64,000 bases of DNA from a virus. The stretch lies in IMG/VR virus record IMGVR_UViG_3300034101_003860, positions 4,041 to 68,040 of that record, one strand, 5' to 3'. Under the pieces are notes generated by a model. That model did not search any database and was not told the origin of the DNA. It saw only the letters and a program-made list of their open reading frames with translations. The position numbers and the translations under genes were made by a program. Of this stretch, positions 10,382 through 20,007 are shown piece by piece (the first letter of the stretch is position 1; each line of letters starts with the position of its first letter).

Positions 10382-11358
10382 TTATTAGACATTTATTTAG
10401 AGACTTAAGAAATTATTATGTCACTAGTTTTTTTGATCTGTTTTTTCAAAAACTTGTAGAAAAATTTCCTGATCACCATTTTGATGTATCTAATGATGCA
10501 TCTTATGAACACAATGGATATGGCAGTATATATAGCTGCATGAATTTTTCTATCATAAATCCAAGCAATAAAAAGTATATTCTTATATCGTTTTTTGATA
10601 ATTGGAAATATCATTTTATGAAGCATCTTGGTTGGAATCCATCAAATATGGTACAATTTTTTTATCCTGGTGGTTTTAATTATTTAGATTATTTTAATTT
10701 TAGAAATTACGAAAAAGATAACAAAGATATTGATTGTCCTATAAATATTAATGAAATTTATCGTAGTTTTTTTTATGGCCCATATGAAAAAAATAATCTA
10801 CAACACATAAAAAATATCTATAATAATTATCAGATTCTAAAAACACAACCATCTTTATATTTTAGAGGCTATATGTGGGATTTTAGAAAAAACATGGTTA
10901 AACACATAAAAGACCAATCTATACTAGTAATTGATAAAAATAGAGAAAATAATAATTTATCTTATGATAACTATCTAGTAGATTTGTGTTTATATAGATG
11001 TGCGTTAAGTCTGCCGGGAGGCACAGAAGTTTGTAACAGGGATATAGAGTGTTTTAGCGTTGGAGTTCCTGTTATACGTCCGTATCTTAATATAGAGTAT
11101 CCTGACCCATTAATAGCTAATTATCATTATATAAGCTGCTATAATGATTGTAAGTATTGGGATGGCAATCCTAGCTACTTATCTTATAAAGATTTTGCAT
11201 ATAATTTGGAGGATTGTTGGAGTCGTGTAAAAAATAATTATGATTATTTGCAATTTATAAGTAAAAATGCTAGAAATTGGTTTCTTAAAAATTGTACTCT
11301 AGAAAATAATGTACAATATTTATTGTCTCAAATTAATATGGAGAAGTTATATGGTTGA
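10372..11358 (+). CDS. putative glycosyltransferase (GT90/CAP10- or exostosin-like C-terminus)
   Basis: LYFRG, YRCALSLPGG.EVCNRDIECF, HYI, ISKNARNWF; start placed at ATG 10372. Confidence 0.55.
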   Translation: MQIIIRHLFRDLRNYYVTSFFDLFFQKLVEKFPDHHFDVSNDASYEHNGYGSIYSCMNFSIINPSNKKYILISFFDNWKYHFMKHLGWNPSNMVQFFYPGGFNYLDYFNFRNYEKDNKDIDCPININEIYRSFFYGPYEKNNLQHIKNIYNNYQILKTQPSLYFRGYMWDFRKNMVKHIKDQSILVIDKNRENNNLSYDNYLVDLCLYRCALSLPGGTEVCNRDIECFSVGVPVIRPYLNIEYPDPLIANYHYISCYNDCKYWDGNPSYLSYKDFAYNLEDCWSRVKNNYDYLQFISKNARNWFLKNCTLENNVQYLLSQINMEKLYG

Positions 11359-11965
11359 TGGAGGATATGCTTATGGCTATTTGTTTATGTCACAAAACAA
11401 AGAAGCAGAATACGTGTTTAAAGAATTACTTAATGAAATTAGACCATCTCGCATTCTAGAAATTGGCACATTTCACGGAGGTCTAACTCTAATGCTAAGA
11501 GATATTTTAGATTCATACAATCTACATAATAGCACTATTAAAACCTATGATATTAATAATCAAGAGTTTTTAAGACCTCTAGTAACAAATAGGAAAGTAG
11601 AAGTTATTACAGATAATTTATTTAATGGCGACTACAGCGATTTCAAGAACGAATCTAAAAAAAATGAAATATTAAACTTTATTCAACAAGAAGGTTGTTC
11701 GCTAGTGCTGTGTGATGGTGGGTGTAAAAGGTGTGAATTTAATTTGATAGCTCCATTATTAAAAAGTAATGATATCATTATGGCCCATGACTATGCTCCA
11801 AATAACGATTACTTTCAACACCATATAAGGGGTAAAATTTGGGATTGGATGGAGATACAAGATAGCGATATTTATCAAGCTATTGTAGACAACAATTTCA
11901 AATCATTTAAAGAAACGTTAACTCAACAAGCCGCATGGTGCTGTAAAATTAAGTCTAGCAGTTAG
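11351..11965 (+). CDS. class I SAM-dependent methyltransferase (CmcI/Methyltransf_24-like)
   Basis: ILEIGTFHGG motif I, TYDI, LCDGG, IMAHD. Confidence 0.8.
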   Translation: MVDGGYAYGYLFMSQNKEAEYVFKELLNEIRPSRILEIGTFHGGLTLMLRDILDSYNLHNSTIKTYDINNQEFLRPLVTNRKVEVITDNLFNGDYSDFKNESKKNEILNFIQQEGCSLVLCDGGCKRCEFNLIAPLLKSNDIIMAHDYAPNNDYFQHHIRGKIWDWMEIQDSDIYQAIVDNNFKSFKETLTQQAAWCCKIKSSS

Positions 11966-13628
11966 GTGAATAACAGTATGTTGTACCAGTAACTAAACCG
12001 GTATTGCTACTATTGTCATTAAATGTTGCATCTCCATTTACTTCTTCACTATTATATGAGATATCATAAAAGAATGCATTTCCATAAATAGATCCAGCAT
12101 TACCAGAAGTATTGTAAAAAGATACATTTCCGGTAATAGATCCAAAATTATTATAGGCTCCGCTTTTAAATATAGCATTACCAGTTATTGAACCATAACT
12201 CAAAACAGAGTTTGCATCAAAAACAGCTGTTCCACTAATATTTATAGTGATACCAACATTAATAAATGGGCTAACATACATATTACCTACTGTTGGAGTA
12301 CTACCAGAATTATAAAAAATATTACTATTTAAAGTAACATTATTAGAGCTGGTTGGTAGTGCTACAGCTTGAGTTGTAGAAGAACTATCTTGCCACCAAT
12401 TATTAATATTGTTCCAATCTTGATCGTAAGATGGGCTTGGTCCAGTATTGTCATTGAAGTATAGCATCGTTAAGGTAGAAGACGATGATGGAGTAACGCT
12501 AATGGTCGGAGTTAGTGTTGGAGTAACGCTAATGGTCGGAGTTAGTGTTGGGGTTTCGCTAATTGTGGGCGTTAAAGTACTGGTTGGTGTTGGAGTAGGT
12601 GTTTCGCTAATACTAGGAGTTAAACTAATAGTAGATGTTCTGGTTGGTGTTCTAGTTTGTGTGGAGGTTCTGGTTGGTGTTCTAGTTTGAGTAGGAGTAG
12701 CAGAAGGTGTTCTGGTGGGGGTATTGGTCTGAGTAGGAGTATTTGATATTGTTGAGGTTACTGTTAATGATGGAGTTACTGATATTGTGGAGGTTCTGGT
12801 TGGTGTAGAGGTTACGGTTGACGAAGGTGTATTGCTAATAGTTGTGGTGGATGTTCTGGTTGGAGTAGGCGTTGCTGTTAATGTTCTGGTGGGAGTTGGC
12901 GATTCTACCGGAGTTAATGAAGGAGTTCTACTAACACTTATTGTTGGGGTAATGGTTAGAGTGTTTGTGGGGGTTTTAGAAGGAGTTCTGGTATTAGTAG
13001 ATGTAAAAGACGGAGTATTAGTAACTGTAGAAGATGGGGTAGAAGTTTGCTCAGGAGTAACTGATCTTGTTAATGATGCTGAATTAGTGGGTGTTTTTGA
13101 TGGTGTTTTAGTAGGAGTTAATGATGGAGTAGCGCTAATAGTCGGAGTGGGTGTAGGCGTAGAGCTTCTGGTTCGAGTAGGGGTTCTGGTGTGAGTTGCG
13201 CTATTAGATATAGTAGGAGTATTAGTAGGATTTGGCGTATTTGTAATAAATGTAGGAGTTAACCAAGATTCAAAATTTACAGGAGATTTAGTTAGAGTAC
13301 GAGATGGACTAACTGTTGGTGTTCTAGTTAGCGTAGGAGTTCTTGTAAGAGTAGGAGTTTGAGATATACTTAATGTTGGAGATACTGTTTGACTCACAGA
13401 AACAGTAGGAGTAGTAGTTGGAGTTTGTGTAGCGCTATTGGTAACAGTTCGAGTAATAGTTGGAGTTGGGCTAGGGGTCACACTCTTAGTAATGGTCGGA
13501 GTAGGAGAACTCGTGCTTGTACGAGTTGGTGTGTTAGTTTTAGTAGGAGTACGAGTAACAGTAATTGTTGGAGTAGAAGTTTTAGTTGGTGTTCTTGTTT
13601 GCGTACTAGTTGGCGTTGGAGTTGACAT
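11955..13628 (-). CDS. mucin-like Thr/Pro/Ser-rich virion-associated protein with C-terminal beta-helix-like domain
   Basis: About 380 residues of TPT/TPS repeats, then repeated GxITGNAxF units; last gene of the tail operon. Confidence 0.8.
   Translation of the reverse strand: MSTPTPTSTQTRTPTKTSTPTITVTRTPTKTNTPTRTSTSSPTPTITKSVTPSPTPTITRTVTNSATQTPTTTPTVSVSQTVSPTLSISQTPTLTRTPTLTRTPTVSPSRTLTKSPVNFESWLTPTFITNTPNPTNTPTISNSATHTRTPTRTRSSTPTPTPTISATPSLTPTKTPSKTPTNSASLTRSVTPEQTSTPSSTVTNTPSFTSTNTRTPSKTPTNTLTITPTISVSRTPSLTPVESPTPTRTLTATPTPTRTSTTTISNTPSSTVTSTPTRTSTISVTPSLTVTSTISNTPTQTNTPTRTPSATPTQTRTPTRTSTQTRTPTRTSTISLTPSISETPTPTPTSTLTPTISETPTLTPTISVTPTLTPTISVTPSSSSTLTMLYFNDNTGPSPSYDQDWNNINNWWQDSSSTTQAVALPTSSNNVTLNSNIFYNSGSTPTVGNMYVSPFINVGITINISGTAVFDANSVLSYGSITGNAIFKSGAYNNFGSITGNVSFYNTSGNAGSIYGNAFFYDISYNSEEVNGDATFNDNSSNTGLVTGTTYCYSPNC
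12490..12550. repeat. 30-bp tandem repeat (TPTLTPTISV unit) in mucin-like gene
   Basis: GGAGTAACGCTAATGGTCGGAGTTAGTGTT x2. Confidence 0.85.
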
Positions 13629-13637
13629 ATATCAAGC

Positions 13638-13961
13638 CTATTCTTCTGTGCCGCTACAAGCAGTAAGTTCAATATTTGGACAATCATCGATTGCTTCAAA
13701 ATCTTTTAATACAACAATAGACCTTCGTTCGATTTTTAATTCTGTCTCTTCTAATCTAATGCAAGTTACGACATTCAAGCATTGATCTATAGTTGCCCAC
13801 TGTAAGCCTCCGTTTGGTCTATGAACCAATATTTGTGGAACATCATTCTGGTGTCCAGGTATTTGCTCTATTGGTTGATTAAAAAATCTATATTTTCTAT
13901 TATCTTCTGGTGCGCCAAAAATTTGCTCTACATTTGTACATTGGGAAGCTGGGTCGGCCAT
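13638..13961 (-). CDS. hypothetical tail-associated protein
   Basis: AGGAG RBS; position in tail operon. Confidence 0.7.
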   Translation of the reverse strand: MADPASQCTNVEQIFGAPEDNRKYRFFNQPIEQIPGHQNDVPQILVHRPNGGLQWATIDQCLNVVTCIRLEETELKIERRSIVVLKDFEAIDDCPNIELTACSGTEE

Positions 13962-13978
13962 ATTTTTCTCCTATTAAA

Positions 13979-16900
13979 TTATTCTGGTGGCTTACCTGTG
14001 CCTATAACTATATATTTGTAATTACATTTTGGATGTCCTGCTTCAATAACAGACATATCTGAGCCCACAAAAACTCTTTGTATTGTAACAAAATCTCCAA
14101 TTTCTGCTCCGTGGCCCATAGGATTAAAAACATTGCCCTGTAATATGGTACCCATTGGCTCTCTGTCTGCATCCTGACAAGATGGAAGTATATTAGCCAA
14201 AGCATTTTCAAGATTAATACCCTTAGTATCTTTTGGAGTAAATTTGCTTTTAGCTTTACATGTCATAATAACAGGAGCTTCTTGAGCATATATAATTTTA
14301 TATTCACAGTTTTCAACTGCTCCATTGTCATCTTCGTATTCGTCCCACGACGCAATTATGAAAGATGTATCATATGTCATCCACTGTTGCCCATCGAGCA
14401 TGGTAATAATCGGTTTTTTATCATTGGGGATAGCATTTGGTTCAAGACCATCCCAGAAGGTGTCTGATTCGCTGCTTATCTTTCTAGCTTCTAAGTCATC
14501 AAAATCTGGACAACCAAATAATCCAGGATTACTGACATCCAAAGTTCTCTGTGCAATATTTGCTATTTCGCTTTTAGTAACTATAGTATATATTAAATTT
14601 CCACCAACAGTAATTCCTGTTAACTGACTCATACCTCTACAGCCAACAATAATTTCAGCAGTCTTGTGGTCGTTATCAACAACCCCGCCATTCTGTAATT
14701 GTGTTTTGTCATAATGATTTTTACTTCTAACAGAATCCCACATAAATCCATGTAAAAATTGTCCCTCTATGTAAAGTGGATCATTAAACTCCACATCCTC
14801 ACCCTTGTTTAATTTATTACCATAGTCTTGATTTTTAATATGATAACTACAGGTTAGTGCTGAGGTTTCGCATTCAATAATGTCATATACTAGATTTGTA
14901 GTAGTTGAAAATTCATTATCTAATGAAGCGATGAATCTACATCCATCAATATCGTTTATAACGTTACCAGCATTAGCGGGATTATCAACCTTGTCGCCGA
15001 TCATAAAAGTATGTCTACCAATAAAATCTTGTAAATTTTGTCTTATAATTACATTTAAATTATTTGGTAAATTCCCGTGACCTCTTCCAACAGGTATAAC
15101 CCCTTGTCTGTGACCAGCCCTACCTCCAAGATAATATCCATTAAAACTATTAGTAACCGTACCAACTTTACCAGTAATAATTTTAGCAAAGTGCTCTAGT
15201 GTTATAATTTCATAAATAGTGTTATTAACTTGGGCTTCTGACTGTTGGGCGTCTATCCCGGCGCTGTGTTTTAATGCATATCCAATAAAGGGTCCTATGT
15301 TTGCGTATTGATTAGAGTATCCGTCCGATAAAACTATGCCATTAATATGTTCATTTAAATTTGCCGAACCTAATGCTGGACCAAAAGCAGTCAATTCACC
15401 CGGAATACCACCACCGGCTAAAAATGGGTCTTTTACAGAAATAATATTTTGATTAAAATCATTTTGATCAATCACACGAGTTTTACTGTCTTTTCTTACT
15501 GGATGTCCATTTTCATCCACTAAGATAGCTTGTGCTTCTGAATTACTTACATTTTTATCTTGTACCAAAGCAAACTTTACAACTTCTGATACGGCATCTT
15601 TTAGTGAGTTATATATAATATATTTTTTTCTATTTTCATCAAAAACAGCTAAAACCCTATCTCCATAATTTAGTCTAGCAAAAGGATTTCTCTCTTCGTC
15701 TGTGTCTTTGAACGGATCAAATACTCTAAATTCTATCTCTTGTAATCCACCATTATTATTTTTATAGAATTTTGGCTCTCTACCATTTCCTGGATCTCCA
15801 TAATATTGTAATATTGTTGCCGCAGCATTGCCTTCTGGATCCATTGTTTTATATTCATCCCCAGGATAGTCTCCAACATTTGAGTAAAGTTTTTGTGTAA
15901 GTTCACACTCTACAAATCTAGAATAATGATCTAAAAAGATTATATCATAAGATTCATACTGAGGATCTACAACAGAACATTGAACTCCTTGTTCTCCTAA
16001 GGTACAGGTGTTTTCAGCTTCTGGATCACACAATAAACCAAATCCTGTTGCTGCCTTTTGCTTCCATTCGTTGAACGCATTAGCTCCACCATTAACATCA
16101 AAAGCGGCATAAGCAGCACCAAATTGGCCACAAGTATCAAAAAGATTAATAAAAATACTTTTGCGTTTTTCTGGATCATCATCTAATATGTCATTATGAT
16201 TGATAGGCTCTCCTTTGTTATCAATCGTATCTCCTTCACAATTGATTCGTATTCCTAAAATGTGATTGTTAGGAAATTTATCTCCATATCCCGCATATTG
16301 AGTCCACATATCTCCATAATCTGGCTGTACAGGAGCACTTTCGCATAAATCAATAATTCTAAATCTTACACTTTGTTTTTGTTTTGCTTCTAATATTATA
16401 TACTCACAATTAAAAGTGTCATAATAACAATAAACTCTGGTACCCGTACTATATTTTTGTCCTAATCTATCTACTACTTTGATGATAGCTTCACTATCTT
16501 CTTTTTCTGTAGCGGTAACTTCTTCTCCGTCCTTATTAAAAATTTTGGGACCAAATTCCTTATTGTGTTCTGTATCTCTGTTTATTAGTTGTGCCTCTGC
16601 TGTTTCGTAGGGTTCTAATTTTTCTTTCAATTCTGCTACGACAACCTTATATCCTGGCGGACTAACCCATACTCCTCTTTTTCTATCGAATCTAAAGTCT
16701 ATAGGAGCAACAGGCCATGTCGCTGGTTTACCCAACCAATCAGTCAAAAATTTATCTTTTAACTCTTCACTCTTAAAATCACCCTTTTTAGTATCGTCCT
16801 CAATATCTGCGTCATTTGGTATAGGTTTGCCTTGAGTGTCATACCCCCAACTGTGCAACAGTATGGGGCCTCTCATTCCCAAAAATCTATAATCTTCCGA

Positions 16901-18358
16901 ATATCTATTGGCATCGTCTGGTTTATAAAAATTTGTGATAGCTCCGTCTTCAGTAACTTCTGATCCTCTTCCCACCAGATCGATAACATGACCTCTTCCT
17001 GGTCCATCGTGATGATGTTCATCACTACCAAAATTATTTGTTAAAGGATCTAGGTACTGTTGTGTTATTTCGAGATTGTGTTGATCAAGACCATTTTCAA
17101 AAGTACTCGCTTCACTACTGCTAGCAATTGCAAAAGGAGGTATTGGCTCTTCTGGAGAAGCTTTATGGCAACCAGCTTCAAAACTAGCATACTGTGGTAA
17201 TCCACCATCCCCATCCTTAGATATTGGTCCAAATAATCCATCCAAACTCATGTAAGCTTTTTTATCATAGTCATAAACCATTTCTCCAACACTTTTATTT
17301 AAAGTATCAATTCCTACAATTGTTCTTTGTCCATCGTTTTGCCAATTATAAATTTCAGACGCTAATACTCTTTGTAGTGATGCTGCTCTGTTTGGTCCTT
17401 GGTTTTGCGCATCTTTTTTAGCTGGAAACTTTTGATTGAACTTTTGTATTTTTCTAGTAATATTATTTGATGATACTTGTTGATTACGTAAAAATCTTAA
17501 CTGTTCGGTTCTATTTCTAGATATATCTTTTATTCTATCAATAAGATGTCTATTTAACCCTCCAAATTTTGGAGTATATGTTCTAAACTCGTAACTTGTG
17601 CTTATGCCGCCACTACCATAACTAAAATTCATGCTAGATAGTGTGGCTCCACCAGCGCCTAATGCTGTTCCCAAAGAACTAAATTGAGATATTGGTAATC
17701 CCGGAATAGTAATAGCGCCAGTTTCTGCTTTAGTTAAACCAATAGATGTAGATTCTACTATAGATTGTCCAGCGTTATTCATTGATTCTATTGATCCAAA
17801 AACCCAAGGAGCTAAATCTGTATTAACATCAACCTGAGTTCCTCCACAACTTGATCCAAAATTACTAGAAGCATATGGACCGTATGTTCTAACATTGCTT
17901 CTCATAGGAACAACGGCTGCTGATGGTATAACAGCAGTTCCTTGAAATCCCATAGCGTTGATAGATCTTATATCTAATGCTCCTCGTCCCTGTTCTAGTT
18001 TATCTTTGTTCTCGCCTGATACTACTCCGTCTCTAATGGTATTGGCTTTTCTATCTCTGCCGGTGTCTAATGATCCAGATTCGCTTTCGCTACCTTCGTC
18101 TTCTCCACCATCTTGACAATCTAATATTTGAGCATTTTCTACAGCTCCCAATAAATTTCTGGGAATAGGATCTTTATCCGTACACATTCGTGCTATACAA
18201 GCATCATTAAATTTAATAACAACACAAGGTTTATCTTGATATATCCAAATTTTTTCTTCTACATCAGCCTTAACCCATACTTTATTTCCAATGGTAACGA
18301 TATTATCGTACCCCATCTCAGATATATCTAATTTTCCACAGCCAGCTAATCCTGCCAT
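13979..18358 (-). CDS. large tail-tip/central fibre protein
   Basis: 1459 aa downstream of tape measure; repeated beta-rich modules in C-terminal half. Confidence 0.65.
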   Translation of the reverse strand: MAGLAGCGKLDISEMGYDNIVTIGNKVWVKADVEEKIWIYQDKPCVVIKFNDACIARMCTDKDPIPRNLLGAVENAQILDCQDGGEDEGSESESGSLDTGRDRKANTIRDGVVSGENKDKLEQGRGALDIRSINAMGFQGTAVIPSAAVVPMRSNVRTYGPYASSNFGSSCGGTQVDVNTDLAPWVFGSIESMNNAGQSIVESTSIGLTKAETGAITIPGLPISQFSSLGTALGAGGATLSSMNFSYGSGGISTSYEFRTYTPKFGGLNRHLIDRIKDISRNRTEQLRFLRNQQVSSNNITRKIQKFNQKFPAKKDAQNQGPNRAASLQRVLASEIYNWQNDGQRTIVGIDTLNKSVGEMVYDYDKKAYMSLDGLFGPISKDGDGGLPQYASFEAGCHKASPEEPIPPFAIASSSEASTFENGLDQHNLEITQQYLDPLTNNFGSDEHHHDGPGRGHVIDLVGRGSEVTEDGAITNFYKPDDANRYSEDYRFLGMRGPILLHSWGYDTQGKPIPNDADIEDDTKKGDFKSEELKDKFLTDWLGKPATWPVAPIDFRFDRKRGVWVSPPGYKVVVAELKEKLEPYETAEAQLINRDTEHNKEFGPKIFNKDGEEVTATEKEDSEAIIKVVDRLGQKYSTGTRVYCYYDTFNCEYIILEAKQKQSVRFRIIDLCESAPVQPDYGDMWTQYAGYGDKFPNNHILGIRINCEGDTIDNKGEPINHNDILDDDPEKRKSIFINLFDTCGQFGAAYAAFDVNGGANAFNEWKQKAATGFGLLCDPEAENTCTLGEQGVQCSVVDPQYESYDIIFLDHYSRFVECELTQKLYSNVGDYPGDEYKTMDPEGNAAATILQYYGDPGNGREPKFYKNNNGGLQEIEFRVFDPFKDTDEERNPFARLNYGDRVLAVFDENRKKYIIYNSLKDAVSEVVKFALVQDKNVSNSEAQAILVDENGHPVRKDSKTRVIDQNDFNQNIISVKDPFLAGGGIPGELTAFGPALGSANLNEHINGIVLSDGYSNQYANIGPFIGYALKHSAGIDAQQSEAQVNNTIYEIITLEHFAKIITGKVGTVTNSFNGYYLGGRAGHRQGVIPVGRGHGNLPNNLNVIIRQNLQDFIGRHTFMIGDKVDNPANAGNVINDIDGCRFIASLDNEFSTTTNLVYDIIECETSALTCSYHIKNQDYGNKLNKGEDVEFNDPLYIEGQFLHGFMWDSVRSKNHYDKTQLQNGGVVDNDHKTAEIIVGCRGMSQLTGITVGGNLIYTIVTKSEIANIAQRTLDVSNPGLFGCPDFDDLEARKISSESDTFWDGLEPNAIPNDKKPIITMLDGQQWMTYDTSFIIASWDEYEDDNGAVENCEYKIIYAQEAPVIMTCKAKSKFTPKDTKGINLENALANILPSCQDADREPMGTILQGNVFNPMGHGAEIGDFVTIQRVFVGSDMSVIEAGHPKCNYKYIVIGTGKPPE

Positions 18359-18364
18359 AATATT

Positions 18365-19990
18365 TTATTCTCCTGGAGATGGACCTTCTGGACCATATTC
18401 TGATTCTTCTGGATCTTGAGAATCATCTTCGCCGCTAGTTTCTGTTTTGTCTTCTTCGCCCACATCATCATCATTTATTGCAAAAACTGCAAAACAAGAT
18501 ATTCTATCATCTGTTTCTCTAAAAGTTCCTAGGTCTGGGTCGCTTAAGCCTAAGACGGGAGTGCCAGTATTTACCCATCCTCCAGCATTAGTTGGATCAG
18601 AACTAAAAATCTTTTCTTGAAAATTTTCTCCTTTATAGTAACATATTTTTTCATTTAATGGAGTAAAAAACTGTTTACCATAATAAGTATTACCCAAATT
18701 CTGAACAAAACTATGTATATTTTGCAAATCCTCTTGAAATGCATCTGCTATTGTTTTAGCTTTTGTGGGACAGTTAAAGATATCCGTAAGAGCTTTGTAT
18801 CGAACAGCGTCGTCTATAGATTGATCTTGTTTAACGCTCTCAAATACTTTTCTTACTCCTTCGTCATTTAAATTATAATTATTTACAACGGCTTTATTAA
18901 GTCCCCCTTTAATATTTTTATTAGTAACTCTTGTCCACCAAGCCTCATAAGAAGCCATAGCCGCTTTAATATCTTGTTCACTTATAGTATAGGGACCATT
19001 TCCTGGTATTGGTTTATTTAGTGTAATATTTAGATCCTTGATTCTTTTTCTAATCCAGAAACCATAACATTCATCAAATTTGAATGGAATAACAGGAATA
19101 AAATCATTACCATCCCACTCTTCTCCAAAATAATAATTAAATTTATGTACAGGACTTAGATAGTGTTGTTTTTCTCCAAATAATACTGCTTTGGTAACTT
19201 CATTTCTTAGTTCTTGTCCATACGACAAGTCTGTAGCAGTGCCATCAAATTCATCAATAATATTTCCAAAAGATGTTGGTGGGATTTTAAGATCAATGGT
19301 TCCAATCTTAATTACAGCCCCAACATCCATATATACATAAAATTCTAATCCTAATACTCCACAAACGTCTTGTAGTAATTGCAGTATACTAATACTAGGT
19401 CCGGGTATTCTGTAATACTCAGGAGTACCAGCCGGAAAAGAATTCCAATCAATTGTAAAATTATATCCTGTGGGACTACACAGTGTTGGATTTAATTGTT
19501 TTAATTTATTAATAATTTTTGTATACGGAGTTCCTTTTTCAGTTGATCCAGATGATCCGAAAGTGTCGCAATTTCCTCCTAATACTCCTCCTTCATAAGA
19601 AGCATAAACATTACAATAATTAACTCCTATTGTTGGTGGACCAAGATAAGAATCAATAATAACAACAAAGTTTTCTAATAACTGTCTAGGATCAACAACT
19701 TTAACATTAAATGTTCTACCAGAACCACCCTGGGTACCTGTCCAATTGGTCAACAATCCATTAAAACTAAAACCTGATCCATCAAGAAGACCAGTAGAAA
19801 AATATACAGGAGCGCCAACTTGCGCGGAATTATCTCCTGTGGGTGGCAAAAATACATCTCCAACATCACAGTCTTCTACTAAATCAACATTAAGACTACT
19901 CTCTTGTGCAGATCCTAAGCCTAGGGTTGTGTTGAAAGATAGTACCGTGGCTCCTAAAAATTTTATTGGAGATGTTATTATATCAGCCAT
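18365..19990 (-). CDS. putative tail hub (Tal/gp27-like) protein
   Basis: Position; FNGLLTNW...TFNVKVVDPRQLL and SILQLLQDVC...FYV resemble hub-protein architecture. Confidence 0.55.
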   Translation of the reverse strand: MADIITSPIKFLGATVLSFNTTLGLGSAQESSLNVDLVEDCDVGDVFLPPTGDNSAQVGAPVYFSTGLLDGSGFSFNGLLTNWTGTQGGSGRTFNVKVVDPRQLLENFVVIIDSYLGPPTIGVNYCNVYASYEGGVLGGNCDTFGSSGSTEKGTPYTKIINKLKQLNPTLCSPTGYNFTIDWNSFPAGTPEYYRIPGPSISILQLLQDVCGVLGLEFYVYMDVGAVIKIGTIDLKIPPTSFGNIIDEFDGTATDLSYGQELRNEVTKAVLFGEKQHYLSPVHKFNYYFGEEWDGNDFIPVIPFKFDECYGFWIRKRIKDLNITLNKPIPGNGPYTISEQDIKAAMASYEAWWTRVTNKNIKGGLNKAVVNNYNLNDEGVRKVFESVKQDQSIDDAVRYKALTDIFNCPTKAKTIADAFQEDLQNIHSFVQNLGNTYYGKQFFTPLNEKICYYKGENFQEKIFSSDPTNAGGWVNTGTPVLGLSDPDLGTFRETDDRISCFAVFAINDDDVGEEDKTETSGEDDSQDPEESEYGPEGPSPGE

Positions 19991-20007
19991 ATTTTTAAGC
20001 TCATTGT

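Noticed and set aside
12448-13785. Val/Gly-rich plus-strand ORFs
   Set aside because: Antisense shadows of the Thr/Pro repeat gene
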